Origin: a virus
Lineage: Duplodnaviria; Heunggongvirae; Uroviricota; Caudoviricetes
IMG/VR virus record: IMGVR_UViG_3300017700_000469
Span: 1-64,000 of that record
Length of the DNA: 64,000 bases
Direction: 5' to 3' (one strand)
The translations under genes and the position numbers were made by a program. Under the pieces are notes generated by a model that had not been told where the DNA came from, made no database searches, and saw only the letters and a program-made list of their open reading frames with translations. Below, piece by piece: positions 39,690-49,206 of the stretch. Numbering within the stretch: position 1 is the stretch's first letter; the number at the start of each line of letters is the position of its first letter.

Positions 39690-39971
39690 ATGCTCAAGCT
39701 CTTCGATCCCGACCGGTACGTGGACCCGTTCCTGTTCAACCCGAACGAGAACAATCGGTCGAAGCTGAAGCTCTACGATCCGGGCCAGTCGGAACCGAAG
39801 ACTGAACCGGCTCGACGCCTGAAGCTCTACACGGAGTTGAAGGCGACCTTTGCGGATCGGCCGGCGACGGTGGCTCGGGGCGTTAAGACCTTCTCGGTCC
39901 TCGTGCTGCTCTTCGCCGTGCTCATCATCTCGGCGTTGGTGATCGCCTACAGCCCCGGAGGGCCGCGATGA
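39690..39971 (+). CDS. small protein with a C-terminal TM helix. An overlapping alternative small TM ORF at 39581..39805 in another frame is also possible.
   Basis: High GC3 in this frame from 39690 onward. VKTFSVLVLLFAVLIISALVIAYS. Confidence 0.35.
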   Translation: MLKLFDPDRYVDPFLFNPNENNRSKLKLYDPGQSEPKTEPARRLKLYTELKATFADRPATVARGVKTFSVLVLLFAVLIISALVIAYSPGGPR

Positions 39972-40162
39972 TCCCTTGGAAGATTCGACGCTGGCTGACG
40001 TGGTCGCTCGGAATCGTTTGGTTCCTGATGCTGATCCTGCTCCATGAAACTCTCGCCGCCTGGGTGCGCATCCTCACGGAGCGTCCTCGGGCAATCGTAC
40101 AAACGATAGGAAATTTGTCCTTCGCGTTCCTCACGCGAAGGTATCCGTCCGGGTTCGCTTAG
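39968..40162 (+). CDS. small membrane protein
   Basis: WLTWSLGIVWFLMLILL TM. ATGA overlap with the upstream gene. Confidence 0.35.
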   Translation: MIPWKIRRWLTWSLGIVWFLMLILLHETLAAWVRILTERPRAIVQTIGNLSFAFLTRRYPSGFA

Positions 40163-40202
40163 GTACCGGCACTGCTAGGCATGTACCCAACAAACGAGTT
40201 TG

Positions 40203-40245
40203 AAGCGGACCAGGGTCGCGACTCACAAGTCACCCTGGTCCGCTT
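40203..40245 (+). terminator. Perfect 14-bp inverted repeat hairpin in an intergenic region (terminator or regulatory hairpin)
   Basis: aagcggaccagggt cgcgactcacaagtc accctggtccgctt. It is followed by agtgtccctttc, not a clean U-tract. Confidence 0.35.
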
Positions 40246-40269
40246 AGTGTCCCTTTCAGAAAGATACCC

Positions 40270-40587
40270 ATGCTCAAGCGTCTCTGGCGCGACCAGTCGG
40301 GAGTCCTCGTCACCGCCGAGATCGTCTTGGTGGCTTCGATCCTGATTCTCGGCGTCCTCGCCGGCCTCACCGCAGTTCGCAACGCCGTCTCATCGGAGTT
40401 GGGCGACTTCGCGACGGGCATCGCCCGCCTCGACCAGTCGTACTACTTCAGCGGCACTGTCGGCTGTGGCGCGTACACCGCCGGCGGTTACTTCAACGAC
40501 CGGGCCGACTACTGTGACCAACACGGCGTCCTCGTCTGTGCCGATTTCGTCACGGAGCAAAAGTGCCCGTGCTGGTTCCACCGTTAA
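40270..40587 (+). CDS. membrane-anchored Cys-rich small protein (6 Cys in the C-terminal 45 aa)
   Basis: N-terminal TM VLVTAEIVLVASILILGVLAGL. C-terminus GCGAYTAGGYFNDRADYCDQHGVLVCADFVTEQKCPCWFHR. Confidence 0.4.
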   Translation: MLKRLWRDQSGVLVTAEIVLVASILILGVLAGLTAVRNAVSSELGDFATGIARLDQSYYFSGTVGCGAYTAGGYFNDRADYCDQHGVLVCADFVTEQKCPCWFHR

Positions 40588-40644
40588 ACAACGAGAGCCG
40601 GGCGGCCCGCAGTCGGGCTGCCCGGCTCGTTTCATACAAAGACT

Positions 40645-41073
40645 ATGGCAAGCACCGACATCGACGGCTCGACGATCGTGATCCTCAGTTCCGAGAACGC
40701 ACAACTCGTGCTGGCGATCGCCGCGCGTTGTGACGTCCTCTTCCAGCCTGAAGTGAGGCTGTGCGAGAAGATCGTTCGCGATCTCGAACTCAAAGCACCC
40801 GTCGAGCCCGTCAACCCACAGCCGCCGCAGGACAAGTTCGACGCCTTCATGGCCGAAGTCCGCCAGCGTGTCTCGTGCTGGCCTGAGTGGAAGCAACGTG
40901 TGCTCGGCGGCGAGCCGATCACTCCGCACATCAGCCCGAACGGTGCAGAGCCCGGCTCGATCGTTCACGACGCCGAGGCATGGATGCTGAAGCAGGGTCT
41001 CACGATCCCGCTCGAACGGAAGCATCGTAATCTCTACCAAGCCATGATCGACGACTACTCGGATAGCCAATGA
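40645..41073 (+). CDS. hypothetical protein
   Basis: 142-aa ORF. Its stop overlaps the next gene's start. Confidence 0.4.
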   Translation: MASTDIDGSTIVILSSENAQLVLAIAARCDVLFQPEVRLCEKIVRDLELKAPVEPVNPQPPQDKFDAFMAEVRQRVSCWPEWKQRVLGGEPITPHISPNGAEPGSIVHDAEAWMLKQGLTIPLERKHRNLYQAMIDDYSDSQ

Positions 41074-41651
41074 ACCGCCGTGACCTGTTGAAGACCGCTG
41101 CCGCCTTCGCTCCCGCCTGCTGCACCACGGCCTCGGCCGCCGCCTTTATGGCGCGCCCGACGTCGATGACCAAGGCGTGGCCGCAGCCGAGCGGCAAGAT
41201 GATTCCGTATCTGCCGAAGTTCTGGGCGACGCACGCCGCGCCGATCATCGACCGGAAGCTCGGTGGCCGGATTCAGCGTTCAGTGATCGAAGTGAACGGC
41301 GAGGGCTGTACGCTGAACTTCGGTGATGGCCACAAAGAGTTGGTTACGACGATCTACCAAGCCGATGGATTCTACGAGTCCGTCGATCCTTACGAGTTCT
41401 TGGAAGGCCGGCTCATCGGAATGGCCGAGCGACTTGGCGACGATCTCGTATCACGGCTCGGGCCGAAGGGCATCTTGACGACTTACGAGCTACCGATCGG
41501 CAAGGTCGAGGAACCGATCTGGCAAGGCGCTCGCGTGTGGCTGAACGATTTCCTGCTGCACTGCCACTTCTTTCAGAACGTCGAGTCGATTTACGACAAA
41601 GAATTTTGCGTCGTGCTGGAAGTGTCGGCCGCCATTCGGAAGCATGGCTAA
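41070..41651 (+). CDS. Tat-secreted hypothetical protein
   Basis: MNRRDLLKTAAAFAPACCTTASAAAF is a classic RRxFLK twin-arginine signal. Confidence 0.5.
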   Translation: MNRRDLLKTAAAFAPACCTTASAAAFMARPTSMTKAWPQPSGKMIPYLPKFWATHAAPIIDRKLGGRIQRSVIEVNGEGCTLNFGDGHKELVTTIYQADGFYESVDPYEFLEGRLIGMAERLGDDLVSRLGPKGILTTYELPIGKVEEPIWQGARVWLNDFLLHCHFFQNVESIYDKEFCVVLEVSAAIRKHG

Positions 41652-41815
41652 TGACGCTGCTCTCTCACATCCTGCGGTGCCTCGTCTGCACCTTCAAGTG
41701 GACCGCCACGTATGCCAAGCAAGAAACGGTGCGATGCCCGGAGTGCAACTCCAACCGATCCGAAGTCTTCGACTCCGAAGATGACGGAGTCGGAAGCATT
41801 GAAGATCATCACTAA
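41651..41815 (+). CDS. Zn-ribbon mini-protein (CxxC...CxxC)
   Basis: MTLLSHILRCLVCTF...RCPECNS. TAATG overlap with the upstream gene. Confidence 0.35.
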   Translation: MTLLSHILRCLVCTFKWTATYAKQETVRCPECNSNRSEVFDSEDDGVGSIEDHH

Positions 41816-41934
41816 GCACGCGCGCTTCAACCCTGAATCACCGGTCGAGTACCAATACTCGGTGCGGTGGCCTTTAAGCTCGCCGAAGGCAATCTATTCG
41901 AGCGACACTCGCGATCTGCTCTTGAAGCTGATCG

Positions 41935-42264
41935 CTAACTCTTCGCCTTCTTCTTAGGCGTGGCCTTGGCCTTCGGCTTAGGCTCTTTCATCTCGGTCGC
42001 AATCTTGCGTGCCTCGGACTGGATCGCGTTCAGTTGCGACGCCCAGACGACGACGTCCGACGCTCTCAGCGGATTGGACACCGGTACTCCGGTGAAGCGA
42101 GTGCGCATCTCTGCGCCTCGTCCCGATCGCGGCAGCGTGATCTCCACGCTGATCTCCATCCCCGCGTAGTGAGCGTCCGGGAACGGTCGCAGCAGTAGAC
42201 GCACGCCCCAGTCGTGATCTTCTCGCGTGATGGTCGGTACCATAGTCGTCGGCTTCTTTGCCAT
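41935..42264 (-). CDS. hypothetical protein with a Lys-rich C-terminus
   Basis: C-terminal tail KEPKPKAKATPKKKAKS. 109-aa ORF. Confidence 0.35.
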   Translation of the reverse strand: MAKKPTTMVPTITREDHDWGVRLLLRPFPDAHYAGMEISVEITLPRSGRGAEMRTRFTGVPVSNPLRASDVVVWASQLNAIQSEARKIATEMKEPKPKAKATPKKKAKS

Positions 42265-42505
42265 ATCGATTCCCTTCTAAGAGTCGTCCGTTGAAATCAG
42301 TCCTTCTGCACGACGATCAACTGACCTAGATTCGTCTTGAACAGTGCCCACTCGAACTTGTCGCCGCCATCGGTCCGAAAGTATGTACTCCGCTCGTCCT
42401 CGGCCGGCACGGCCTGTTGTGGCAGCTTGTCCAGCGTGCCGTCGTTAGGCTTGCGTCGGTAAACGATACAGCGGTGGTCGTCCTGATAAAAGGCCGTGTA
42501 TGTGC

Positions 42506-42928
42506 TCACAGCAGTTTTTGCCAAAGGCTCACCGTATTCCCGCTCAGACCTTGGAACTGCAACGTGGACGTGAAGCCGTCAAGAGCGAATAAGCTCAGTG
42601 ACGGGTAGTTATCGGTTCGGATCGTGCATTGTGCAACCTTCAGGCCGGCCTCGCGTGCCTCGGAGCACGCTTTAGCGAGAACGTCGCTGCCCAGGCCGTG
42701 GCGTCGGTAGTCCGGCAACACGACGAGATGTCTGATCTCGGCCTGATACCAACTCACCCGGTGAACCTCGACGCAGGCTACGACCTTCTCGTCAGCCTCG
42801 ATCGAGACGTACCACGAGTTCGAGACGTCGCTTATCCGCAGCTTGCGGACGATCGGCGAGTGCTCGTTGACCATCTCCATGATCTGGCGATTCACCGACC
42901 CTAGATGGTCAAGCTGTTCAGGCGTCAT
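42506..42928 (-). CDS. GNAT family N-acetyltransferase
   Basis: LVVLPDYRRHGLGSDVLAKACSEAREAGL (acetyl-CoA binding motif A). Confidence 0.7.
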   Translation of the reverse strand: MTPEQLDHLGSVNRQIMEMVNEHSPIVRKLRISDVSNSWYVSIEADEKVVACVEVHRVSWYQAEIRHLVVLPDYRRHGLGSDVLAKACSEAREAGLKVAQCTIRTDNYPSLSLFALDGFTSTLQFQGLSGNTVSLWQKLL

Positions 42929-43188
42929 TTAAGTTCCATCTGATTGAACACGTACTCGCACGCATACGCGAGGTACTTGGCGTCGTTTGCCTGCCCGAGC
43001 TTGCGATCGATCTCGGCCATGTTGGGCGTGATGATCTTCTCGGCGACCAGCGTGGCGAACGTGCCCGGCGCTGCCGTCTTGTAAATCTCGATCGCTTCTT
43101 TGATCTGGTCTTCGGTGAGGAAGTCCGGCAAGGTCATCTGTTTCATACTGCGATCTTTCGTCGTTGAAATCGTCGGGCGACGCGCCAC
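42925..43188 (-). CDS. hypothetical protein
   Basis: 87-aa ORF, coupled to the GNAT gene. Confidence 0.35.
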   Translation of the reverse strand: MARRPTISTTKDRSMKQMTLPDFLTEDQIKEAIEIYKTAAPGTFATLVAEKIITPNMAEIDRKLGQANDAKYLAYACEYVFNQMELK

Positions 43189-43481
43189 CGGGCGCAGTCT
43201 TCAATGTACGGCACGAGTGAGTCGGTAGACTCCCAGAATACTTTGCCGAAGTCCCAAAGTACCGGGATTTTCCCATCGAGCAAGCCCTGAGACTTGCACC
43301 ATTGCACATGGCAGGCGACGGCATCGGGATCGGGCGTCTCGGTTGAGAACGCGATCGTCCCCGCCCAGGCTCGCGGATCATCCATTTCCAGCACAGTTCC
43401 GCCGAGCGGCCGTTCCCAGGTGTCCGGGTGTGATGCGGAGTTCGGCCAACGTCCGGCACCGACTCGTGTTCCGGTTTTCAT
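43143..43481 (-). CDS. hypothetical protein
   Basis: 112-aa ORF. Confidence 0.35.
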   Translation of the reverse strand: MKTGTRVGAGRWPNSASHPDTWERPLGGTVLEMDDPRAWAGTIAFSTETPDPDAVACHVQWCKSQGLLDGKIPVLWDFGKVFWESTDSLVPYIEDCARWRVARRFQRRKIAV

Positions 43482-43483
43482 GG

Positions 43484-44008
43484 TTAGACCTTAATCATCC
43501 GGGCCGAGTTGTCGTATTGGCACCCACTGCTGATGACGAAACAGAACTTCTTTTCGCCTCGCGTGATGTGGAGCGAGAGGCGATCGCCGTGGAGCTTGTG
43601 TTCGTCCATGTTCCCGTTCGTGTCGTAGTCCCGACCCCAGTGCAGCTTCAGCATGTCGCCCGGCTTGAGGAACGCCGTGATCGTCCGCCACTGCGTCCCG
43701 ACTTCGCCGCAGTCCACCCAGATCAACTCGTGGCAGCGGGCCTTAGCGAGAGACTCCGGGCGGTTCTCGTCGAGATGCGTGCGGGTCGAGCGGACAACCG
43801 ACTCGACGTCGATCTGCGTGCGGACTTCGTCGTCCGCCGGGTTGACGAGGTTCACACGCTTGTGCGTCGTCGTCATGCACGAAAAGTTCTCGTTGCGAGC
43901 GAACGAGACCTTAGTCGTGGTGCGGAGAAGTCGGAGTTCGCCCTTTGAGAGCGGCTGATAGGTCGTGGTGGCGGTCATGGTGATCTCGCGTTGAAGTAGT
44001 TGCCTCAA
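43484..44008 (-). CDS. hypothetical protein (probable start at internal MTATTTYQ)
   Basis: 174-aa ORF. Confidence 0.35.
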   Translation of the reverse strand: MRQLLQREITMTATTTYQPLSKGELRLLRTTTKVSFARNENFSCMTTTHKRVNLVNPADDEVRTQIDVESVVRSTRTHLDENRPESLAKARCHELIWVDCGEVGTQWRTITAFLKPGDMLKLHWGRDYDTNGNMDEHKLHGDRLSLHITRGEKKFCFVISSGCQYDNSARMIKV

Positions 44009-44044
44009 CTCAATACTATGTCAAAGCTGGTGAAATGCAAGCGG

Positions 44045-44641
44045 CTAGCGAGAAGAAATTCCCACTCGGGCGTACTTGGCGTCCCACTCGGCCTTCGTGA
44101 TCTTTCGCACGCGGGTCTCGAAGACGAAGTCCTTGGCCCAGCCGGTCTGATCGACTTCGTCGTCCCATCGTGGTGCGTGCTGGGTCTCCACGGCCGTTAG
44201 GTGGGCTCGCTGAGCGGCGAGGACTTCGGCGGCGGTCCTCTTCAGACCTTCGATGTAGAACGCCGGCGTCCACGCTTTGTTCGGATCGGCCGGGTTGAAC
44301 TTGAGCCACTGCACCCGCTCTTCGATAAGCCAGTAGAACATCGGCTCTGGCCGGCGGTACCGCAGTTCCCAGTCGCGGGCCTCGATCGCGTTGTCGATCC
44401 TCGCACGTCGCGGACCTACCTGCTGATCCTCGGACCGAGTCGGATCGGTGGTCCGAGCACCTTCCCACTGGGTGCCGCAGAGTGGGCAGAACTTCCAGAC
44501 CGGCGTGTAGACGCCGCTGTCACGGTCGGTCCAGCCGGGTAGGTCTCTGGCTTCCCACTTACCGCTGCACTTCAGGCATTGGTAGACCGCGCACCCGTCG
44601 TCGGTGTATCTAACGTACCGCCACAAGTTGATCGACATCAA
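44045..44641 (-). CDS. Zn-ribbon hypothetical protein
   Basis: CLKCSG...CPLCG. Confidence 0.4.
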   Translation of the reverse strand: MMSINLWRYVRYTDDGCAVYQCLKCSGKWEARDLPGWTDRDSGVYTPVWKFCPLCGTQWEGARTTDPTRSEDQQVGPRRARIDNAIEARDWELRYRRPEPMFYWLIEERVQWLKFNPADPNKAWTPAFYIEGLKRTAAEVLAAQRAHLTAVETQHAPRWDDEVDQTGWAKDFVFETRVRKITKAEWDAKYARVGISSR

Positions 44642-45077
44642 CCGTCTCTTTCTGAAGAATGTTGTGCAACGTCCGTAGGTGCCGGGCGTCTTCGAGTGCG
44701 TGGTGCCGCGCGTTGCGAGGCGGGAGCTTTTTACGAATCGCTTGCAACGGCTTCTCTAAGTCGATTTTGGCGAACCAGAACTCACCGAGCAGTGCTTCGA
44801 GTATCGCGAAGTCGTTCTTACCACCGCGAACGATGACTTCAGTGACCGGCCGCATGAATCGTTTCACTTGCATCCCGATGACTGTGAAGCAAGTCTTCTC
44901 GGCGTCAACGATGTGCGGCCAGACGTTCTTCTTAAACCACGGTCCCATGTGCTTCTTTCGCACGCCGTTCGAGACGAGGTACAGTTCTTGCCCGTCTTCT
45001 CTCGTGATCCCGATCGACGCCAGTGTGAGCGGGCGTCGGAACAGTTGCGTGTGCTCAGTGTCTAAGTAGGCTCTCAT
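44610..45077 (-). CDS. DEDDh 3'-5' exonuclease (third copy; start refined to MRAYLDTEH)
   Basis: YLDTEH Exo I and HHALEDARH Exo III. ATGA overlap with the upstream 420-aa gene. Confidence 0.7.
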   Translation of the reverse strand: MRAYLDTEHTQLFRRPLTLASIGITREDGQELYLVSNGVRKKHMGPWFKKNVWPHIVDAEKTCFTVIGMQVKRFMRPVTEVIVRGGKNDFAILEALLGEFWFAKIDLEKPLQAIRKKLPPRNARHHALEDARHLRTLHNILQKETVDVDQLVAVR

Positions 45078-46336
45078 GCTGCTTTCTTCTTTCGGGTCTT
45101 CTTCGGCTTCGGGAGTCCCTCGACCACTCGTTGCAGAAGGGTTTGCGGAACGCCTTGGTAGTCGTCGTGTTTCTTCACGGTGCCGGTGATGTCGATGACT
45201 TGATCCTTCTCCCACTCCGTGTCGCCGCTCTTCCACCACACGAGCACGGAGCCGCCGGCGTCCTCGAAGCGGATCATCGTGCGGACGCCGAACTCGCTGT
45301 CGAAGCTCTTGACGCCCTTGATCGTCAACTGGGCGAAGCCCATCCGCTCGCCGACGACGCCAAGATGCACGCGGACCTTAGCGGCGGCCTGGGCACGCTT
45401 CATATTCAGTTCTTCCTCACGCTCCATGTGGCGTTGGTAGGCCGAGATCAAACTGGCCACCAACCCGGCCGTCTTGAAGCGGACGAATCCGAGGCGGCAA
45501 GCCACGCCGAGGTTGTAGAGGTAGTCGCCGTCATCAGTCGGCAGCGCGACGCCCCACGCGAGTGCGTCCGTGGCGAGCTTCTCATCGCGAGGTTCGAGCA
45601 CGAGCTTGTGCTGCTCGATGAAGTGCTGCTTGTCGAGCTTGTCTTGATCGTTGAAGCTACGGCCGAGTAGCCACGTCACGGTTGTCACCGTAGCACCGCC
45701 CTGGTCGCCGGCGGCCGTCCGACTGACCCATCCGCACTTGCGGATCACGGCCGACGTCATCTTCAGGAACTCGTCGAGGTTGAAGCCGGTCTCACCGCCG
45801 CCCGAGCCACCGAAGCCCTCGAACTCGGATTCTGCTGATGACAACAGCGACGTGACTTCAAAGCCCCACGAGGCATAACTGAGAACGCCTTCCGGCGACT
45901 GGCCGCCGAGGAAGTCCGAGAGGCAGTTGCGACCGACCTGCTTATGGTGGCCGTCCTCGTGACGGAGCACGAAGACTTCGTTGCGGCGTCGTTGCGACGA
46001 GCAGTGGTCGCAGTGCGTGCCGGCGGTGCGGTACTCGACCGGGACGGTCTCGCCGGGGACGCACGAGATGAGGTTCTCGCCGCTGGCCTGCGGCTCGATG
46101 ACACCGACGAGCTTCCAGCCGTCGAGCATCGGCGTCCGGCCTTCGACCGAGACGAGCTTGAACGTCTTGGTGAACTCGAAGCCCGTGAGTTCGTTCTTGA
46201 ACGTCTTGGTCTCTTCACCGTGGACCGTCAAGATGGCCTGGGCGACCTTCAGCTTCAACGCCTTCTTATTCAGCTTGGCGATCTGCTCGGCGAGCAGGTC
46301 CATGTGCAGGACGTTGATCTTGTAGACGGTGTTCAT
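45074..46336 (-). CDS. 420-aa hypothetical protein (CDHC...NC zinc motif), first gene of the operon driven by the promoter at 46.38 kb
   Basis: No family recognised. Translationally coupled to the exonuclease. Confidence 0.5.
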   Translation of the reverse strand: MNTVYKINVLHMDLLAEQIAKLNKKALKLKVAQAILTVHGEETKTFKNELTGFEFTKTFKLVSVEGRTPMLDGWKLVGVIEPQASGENLISCVPGETVPVEYRTAGTHCDHCSSQRRRNEVFVLRHEDGHHKQVGRNCLSDFLGGQSPEGVLSYASWGFEVTSLLSSAESEFEGFGGSGGGETGFNLDEFLKMTSAVIRKCGWVSRTAAGDQGGATVTTVTWLLGRSFNDQDKLDKQHFIEQHKLVLEPRDEKLATDALAWGVALPTDDGDYLYNLGVACRLGFVRFKTAGLVASLISAYQRHMEREEELNMKRAQAAAKVRVHLGVVGERMGFAQLTIKGVKSFDSEFGVRTMIRFEDAGGSVLVWWKSGDTEWEKDQVIDITGTVKKHDDYQGVPQTLLQRVVEGLPKPKKTRKKKAA

Positions 46337-46373
46337 GGTGTGACTCGACGAAGCTGGTGTGATTGGCTACATA

Positions 46374-46407
46374 CCAATCTTACACCAGCTTCGACCTAAG
46401 TCAAACC
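46374..46407 (-). promoter_or_regulatory. Conserved early promoter/operator copy 1 (TTGACT-16-TAAGAT)
   Basis: The - strand reads tttgacttaggtcgaagctggtgtaagattgg. TTTGAC-N4-GTCGAA imperfect palindrome. Confidence 0.5.
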
Positions 46408-46421
46408 AAAATAAATGACGC

Positions 46422-47120
46422 CTAAGCGACACTCTCGTCGTATCGCTTGAGAATCCGCCAAACGGCAACCGAAGTGAACGGCTTACCGGCCGTCGTCTGG
46501 TGATCTTCGTCGTTCAGCTTCTTTGCGATGACGGGTAGAGTGTCACCGGCCGCGTGCCACTCCCTGATCTTCGGAATGAGGAACGAATATGCCGACAGCG
46601 CCCGTTGGCTACGGACGATGGCCGAGTTCTTCGCGCCTTTCTTCCAGCCTCGCTTACCCTCTCGCCCCTTCCAGTGGTCCGGGCGGGCGGAACCGAGCAG
46701 CGTTCCATTCTTCTTAGCAACCGCCAGGGCGTCCTTGGTGCGGCGGCTCGTCATCGTGGCCTCGTTCTCGGCCACGGCCGCGAGGATATGGATCGTGAGA
46801 CGGGTGGCGTGTGGATTGTCACAGCAGACGAAATCGACGCCGCTGTTCATCAGTGCGGCCGTGAACTCCATGTTTCGGGACAGTCGATCGAGCTTGGCGA
46901 CTACGAGCGTGGCCTTGGCCAGCTTTGCATGGGCCAACGCCTTCTGAAGCTCGACGCGATCGGATCGCTTACCGGTCTCGACTTCGATATACTCGGCGAT
47001 GATCTTCCCATCGTTGTGTGCCGAGTAGTCGCCGACCGTCTTCTTCTGTGCGTCCAGACCGAGGCCGGATTGTCCTTGTTTCTTCGTGCTGACTCGGTAG
47101 TACGAGATAAATTTCTTCAT
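46422..47120 (-). CDS. Small serine recombinase (resolvase/invertase family; start refined to MKKFISYYRVSTKKQ)
   Basis: YYRVSTKKQ catalytic Ser motif, LVVAKLDRLSRN, C-terminal HTH-like region. 232 aa. Confidence 0.85.
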   Translation of the reverse strand: MKKFISYYRVSTKKQGQSGLGLDAQKKTVGDYSAHNDGKIIAEYIEVETGKRSDRVELQKALAHAKLAKATLVVAKLDRLSRNMEFTAALMNSGVDFVCCDNPHATRLTIHILAAVAENEATMTSRRTKDALAVAKKNGTLLGSARPDHWKGREGKRGWKKGAKNSAIVRSQRALSAYSFLIPKIREWHAAGDTLPVIAKKLNDEDHQTTAGKPFTSVAVWRILKRYDESVA

Positions 47121-47159
47121 GGAACGTCCGTGGTTCATGCCGCTGTTTCTGTCTACCCA

Positions 47160-47195
47160 TAACATTACATCGGCTTTGTCCGTTTGTCAAATTGT
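47160..47195 (-). promoter_or_regulatory. Recombinase promoter, a diverged member of the conserved promoter family (TTGACA-17-TAATGT)
   Basis: The - strand reads caatttgacaaacggacaaagccgatgtaatgtta, with TTTGAC..GACAAA half-sites. Confidence 0.4.
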
Positions 47196-47337
47196 GCAAA
47201 TGAAATGATTCTGACGACGCCTCGCCCGCAAAAACGGAATAATCGTTCGTGGCGTAAGTTCGTCAGAGTATTTTCTGGATTCGCGTGGTATGCCGCACCA
47301 TTTCATTGGCTTTGACACCCCTAGATGATAGTGTTGA

Positions 47338-47375
47338 ATTGAAGGTCGAACTGAAGGTCGAACAGAAGGTCGAAA
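47338..47375. repeat. Three tandem direct repeats of GAAGGTCGAA(C/A) (11-12 bp period) in a 255-bp AT-richer intergenic region beside the recombinase gene
   Basis: ttgaaggtcgaac tgaaggtcgaac agaaggtcgaaa, followed by aaggagg. Confidence 0.6.
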
Positions 47376-47421
47376 AGGAGGACACATCTATCAACGGGTT
47401 TAGGTATTTTGGACTGACACC

Positions 47422-47862
47422 ATGCGGATTGAAATTGAAAGTGCGATGAAGAAAGCTGCCCGAGAGGGCATCGACAGCTACATCCCCGTCTTCAACGGCG
47501 TAGATTTGGAAGTCGAAGCATGTATCCCAGAAGTATCGTTGCGTAATCTTCGCACGATGCTGAAGACGGGGTTGAAGGTCGCTTCCGTGACCGTCGTCGA
47601 TGACGGTCACATCCTGGTCGCTTTCGCTACCGGTGAGACTTACTTGGCCACTGGCTTCGCAGTCGGCCCAGCCAGCGATCTTACGCTTGGGTTGTCCAAG
47701 TTCATGGCCTCGGCGTTCCCGAAATTGAGCGCCTCGGACTGGGAAGGCGTCATCACAGTCGGGCACGACGAATACTTCCGTGGCGTCATCGATCACCAGT
47801 GTTACATCGACTTGAAGATCAAAGAGACGGCCGGTATCAAGCTATTCGACCACGACGAATAA
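47422..47862 (+). CDS. hypothetical protein
   Basis: 146-aa ORF. Confidence 0.4.
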   Translation: MRIEIESAMKKAAREGIDSYIPVFNGVDLEVEACIPEVSLRNLRTMLKTGLKVASVTVVDDGHILVAFATGETYLATGFAVGPASDLTLGLSKFMASAFPKLSASDWEGVITVGHDEYFRGVIDHQCYIDLKIKETAGIKLFDHDE

Positions 47863-47903
47863 TCTGAAAACCGTTTGGTGTCCGCAGGCGTGATAGACAC
47901 GCC

Positions 47904-48626
47904 ATGCAAGTCACCGCCGACATCGCCGTACCGCCGCTGCTCTCGGGTGAAGCACCGATCGTTGGACAGTGGTACCTCGTGCCTTGTGCCAACGGCATTC
48001 CAGTCATCGGTGAGCCGCACGTTGACGCAGACCACTTCAACAATACACCGTCGCACTATCACTGCGACTCCCGGTTTCACGACCGCGATACTCGGCACGG
48101 GCCTGCCGACTGTGCCGTGCTTTCCGAATACGGTCCCGCCCGGATCGGCCGACTGAGTTCGGACACGGGCGCTGAGATGACCGTCGAACCGAGGCAGTGT
48201 CTACGGGACACGCCCGCTCCGTGGGTAGATGAGCACTTTGCCATCGCCACGATGAGCCTCTATTGCGACTTCGGCTTCGCTAAGTCGAAGTGCGGAGTCT
48301 GCCCACACAAGCGAATGCCGATCCTCAACGGCGTCTGCTCCGGGCACCGCCTTGCTTGGCTGCCGGACGGCGAGATCAAGCATAAGCCGCCGTACACGTT
48401 CCGCATCAGGGGCACCGCCAACGTCCTTGTCATCACCGAGCGGTGCGAACTCGACATCATCAGGATCGAGATCATCGAAGATTGCGTCGCGCCTTACGTC
48501 CTCGACTTCTCAGGGATCGACGGGCAGGTATTGGCTACCCGTACCTTCCCGAATCAACCTTCAATGCAAGTCGGCGATCACTTCAGGGTCGCTTTCTACA
48601 ACCATCAGCAGCCTACCTATGCTTGA
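47904..48626 (+). CDS. Cys/His-rich hypothetical protein (possible metal-binding)
   Basis: CPHKRMPILNGVCSGH and other Cys/His clusters. Confidence 0.4.
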   Translation: MQVTADIAVPPLLSGEAPIVGQWYLVPCANGIPVIGEPHVDADHFNNTPSHYHCDSRFHDRDTRHGPADCAVLSEYGPARIGRLSSDTGAEMTVEPRQCLRDTPAPWVDEHFAIATMSLYCDFGFAKSKCGVCPHKRMPILNGVCSGHRLAWLPDGEIKHKPPYTFRIRGTANVLVITERCELDIIRIEIIEDCVAPYVLDFSGIDGQVLATRTFPNQPSMQVGDHFRVAFYNHQQPTYA

Positions 48627-49206
48627 AAGCCGATACCGACTCACCGGATCGAACGCTCTCCCGCCGCAGTCGCCCATCTATATGCCACCTGCACTTCGCG
48701 GTGTGGTCAGCGGCGGCACCTGGGACGGACCGCCGTCGATCGCCGCACAGCGGCTCGGACTCGAACTCCGCTGGAACCGGTACTTGACGTTGATCGTCGG
48801 CAACCGGGACGGCGAGTTGGAAGTATCCGGCGGTGACGATCCCGATCTCGTCGAACGAATCGATGAGGACCACTACTCGGTCCTCACGCAACACCACGTC
48901 GTGTTCCCGCGAGGCTTCAACGGCCTCGTGCTGCCAGTGCCTCGCTACTACGAGCCGCTCCCGGAGAACGCCTACTGTGACTCACCGGCGATCGTACCGA
49001 TCCTCATCGAGTTCGACCGCGACCCGCTGCCGTTGAAGATCGTGTGCCGTATGCCTCGGAATCGGTGCGAGCAAATTTTCTATTCCGGCGAAGCGTTCTG
49101 CCAGATCGTTCCGACGCCGCGCGGTGACGTCACCGTCCGCTCGATGACCACGGAAGAGAAGGAAGCCGCCGTGGCTAAGGAAAAGGAAGCCAATGCTGCA
49201 CGATAA
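48619..49206 (+). CDS. hypothetical protein (start refined to MLESRYRL)
   Basis: The 5' part of the ORF-track ORF is Ser/Arg low-complexity out-of-frame overlap. An 8-nt overlap joins it to the upstream gene. Confidence 0.35.
   Translation: MLESRYRLTGSNALPPQSPIYMPPALRGVVSGGTWDGPPSIAAQRLGLELRWNRYLTLIVGNRDGELEVSGGDDPDLVERIDEDHYSVLTQHHVVFPRGFNGLVLPVPRYYEPLPENAYCDSPAIVPILIEFDRDPLPLKIVCRMPRNRCEQIFYSGEAFCQIVPTPRGDVTVRSMTTEEKEAAVAKEKEANAAR

Noticed and set aside
47904-48626. Rieske [2Fe-2S] domain in the Cys/His-rich protein (CPH...CSGH)
   Set aside because: The spacing between the CxH and CxxH boxes (12 residues) is shorter than the 15-17 typical of Rieske proteins. It is kept as a generic metal-binding hypothetical.
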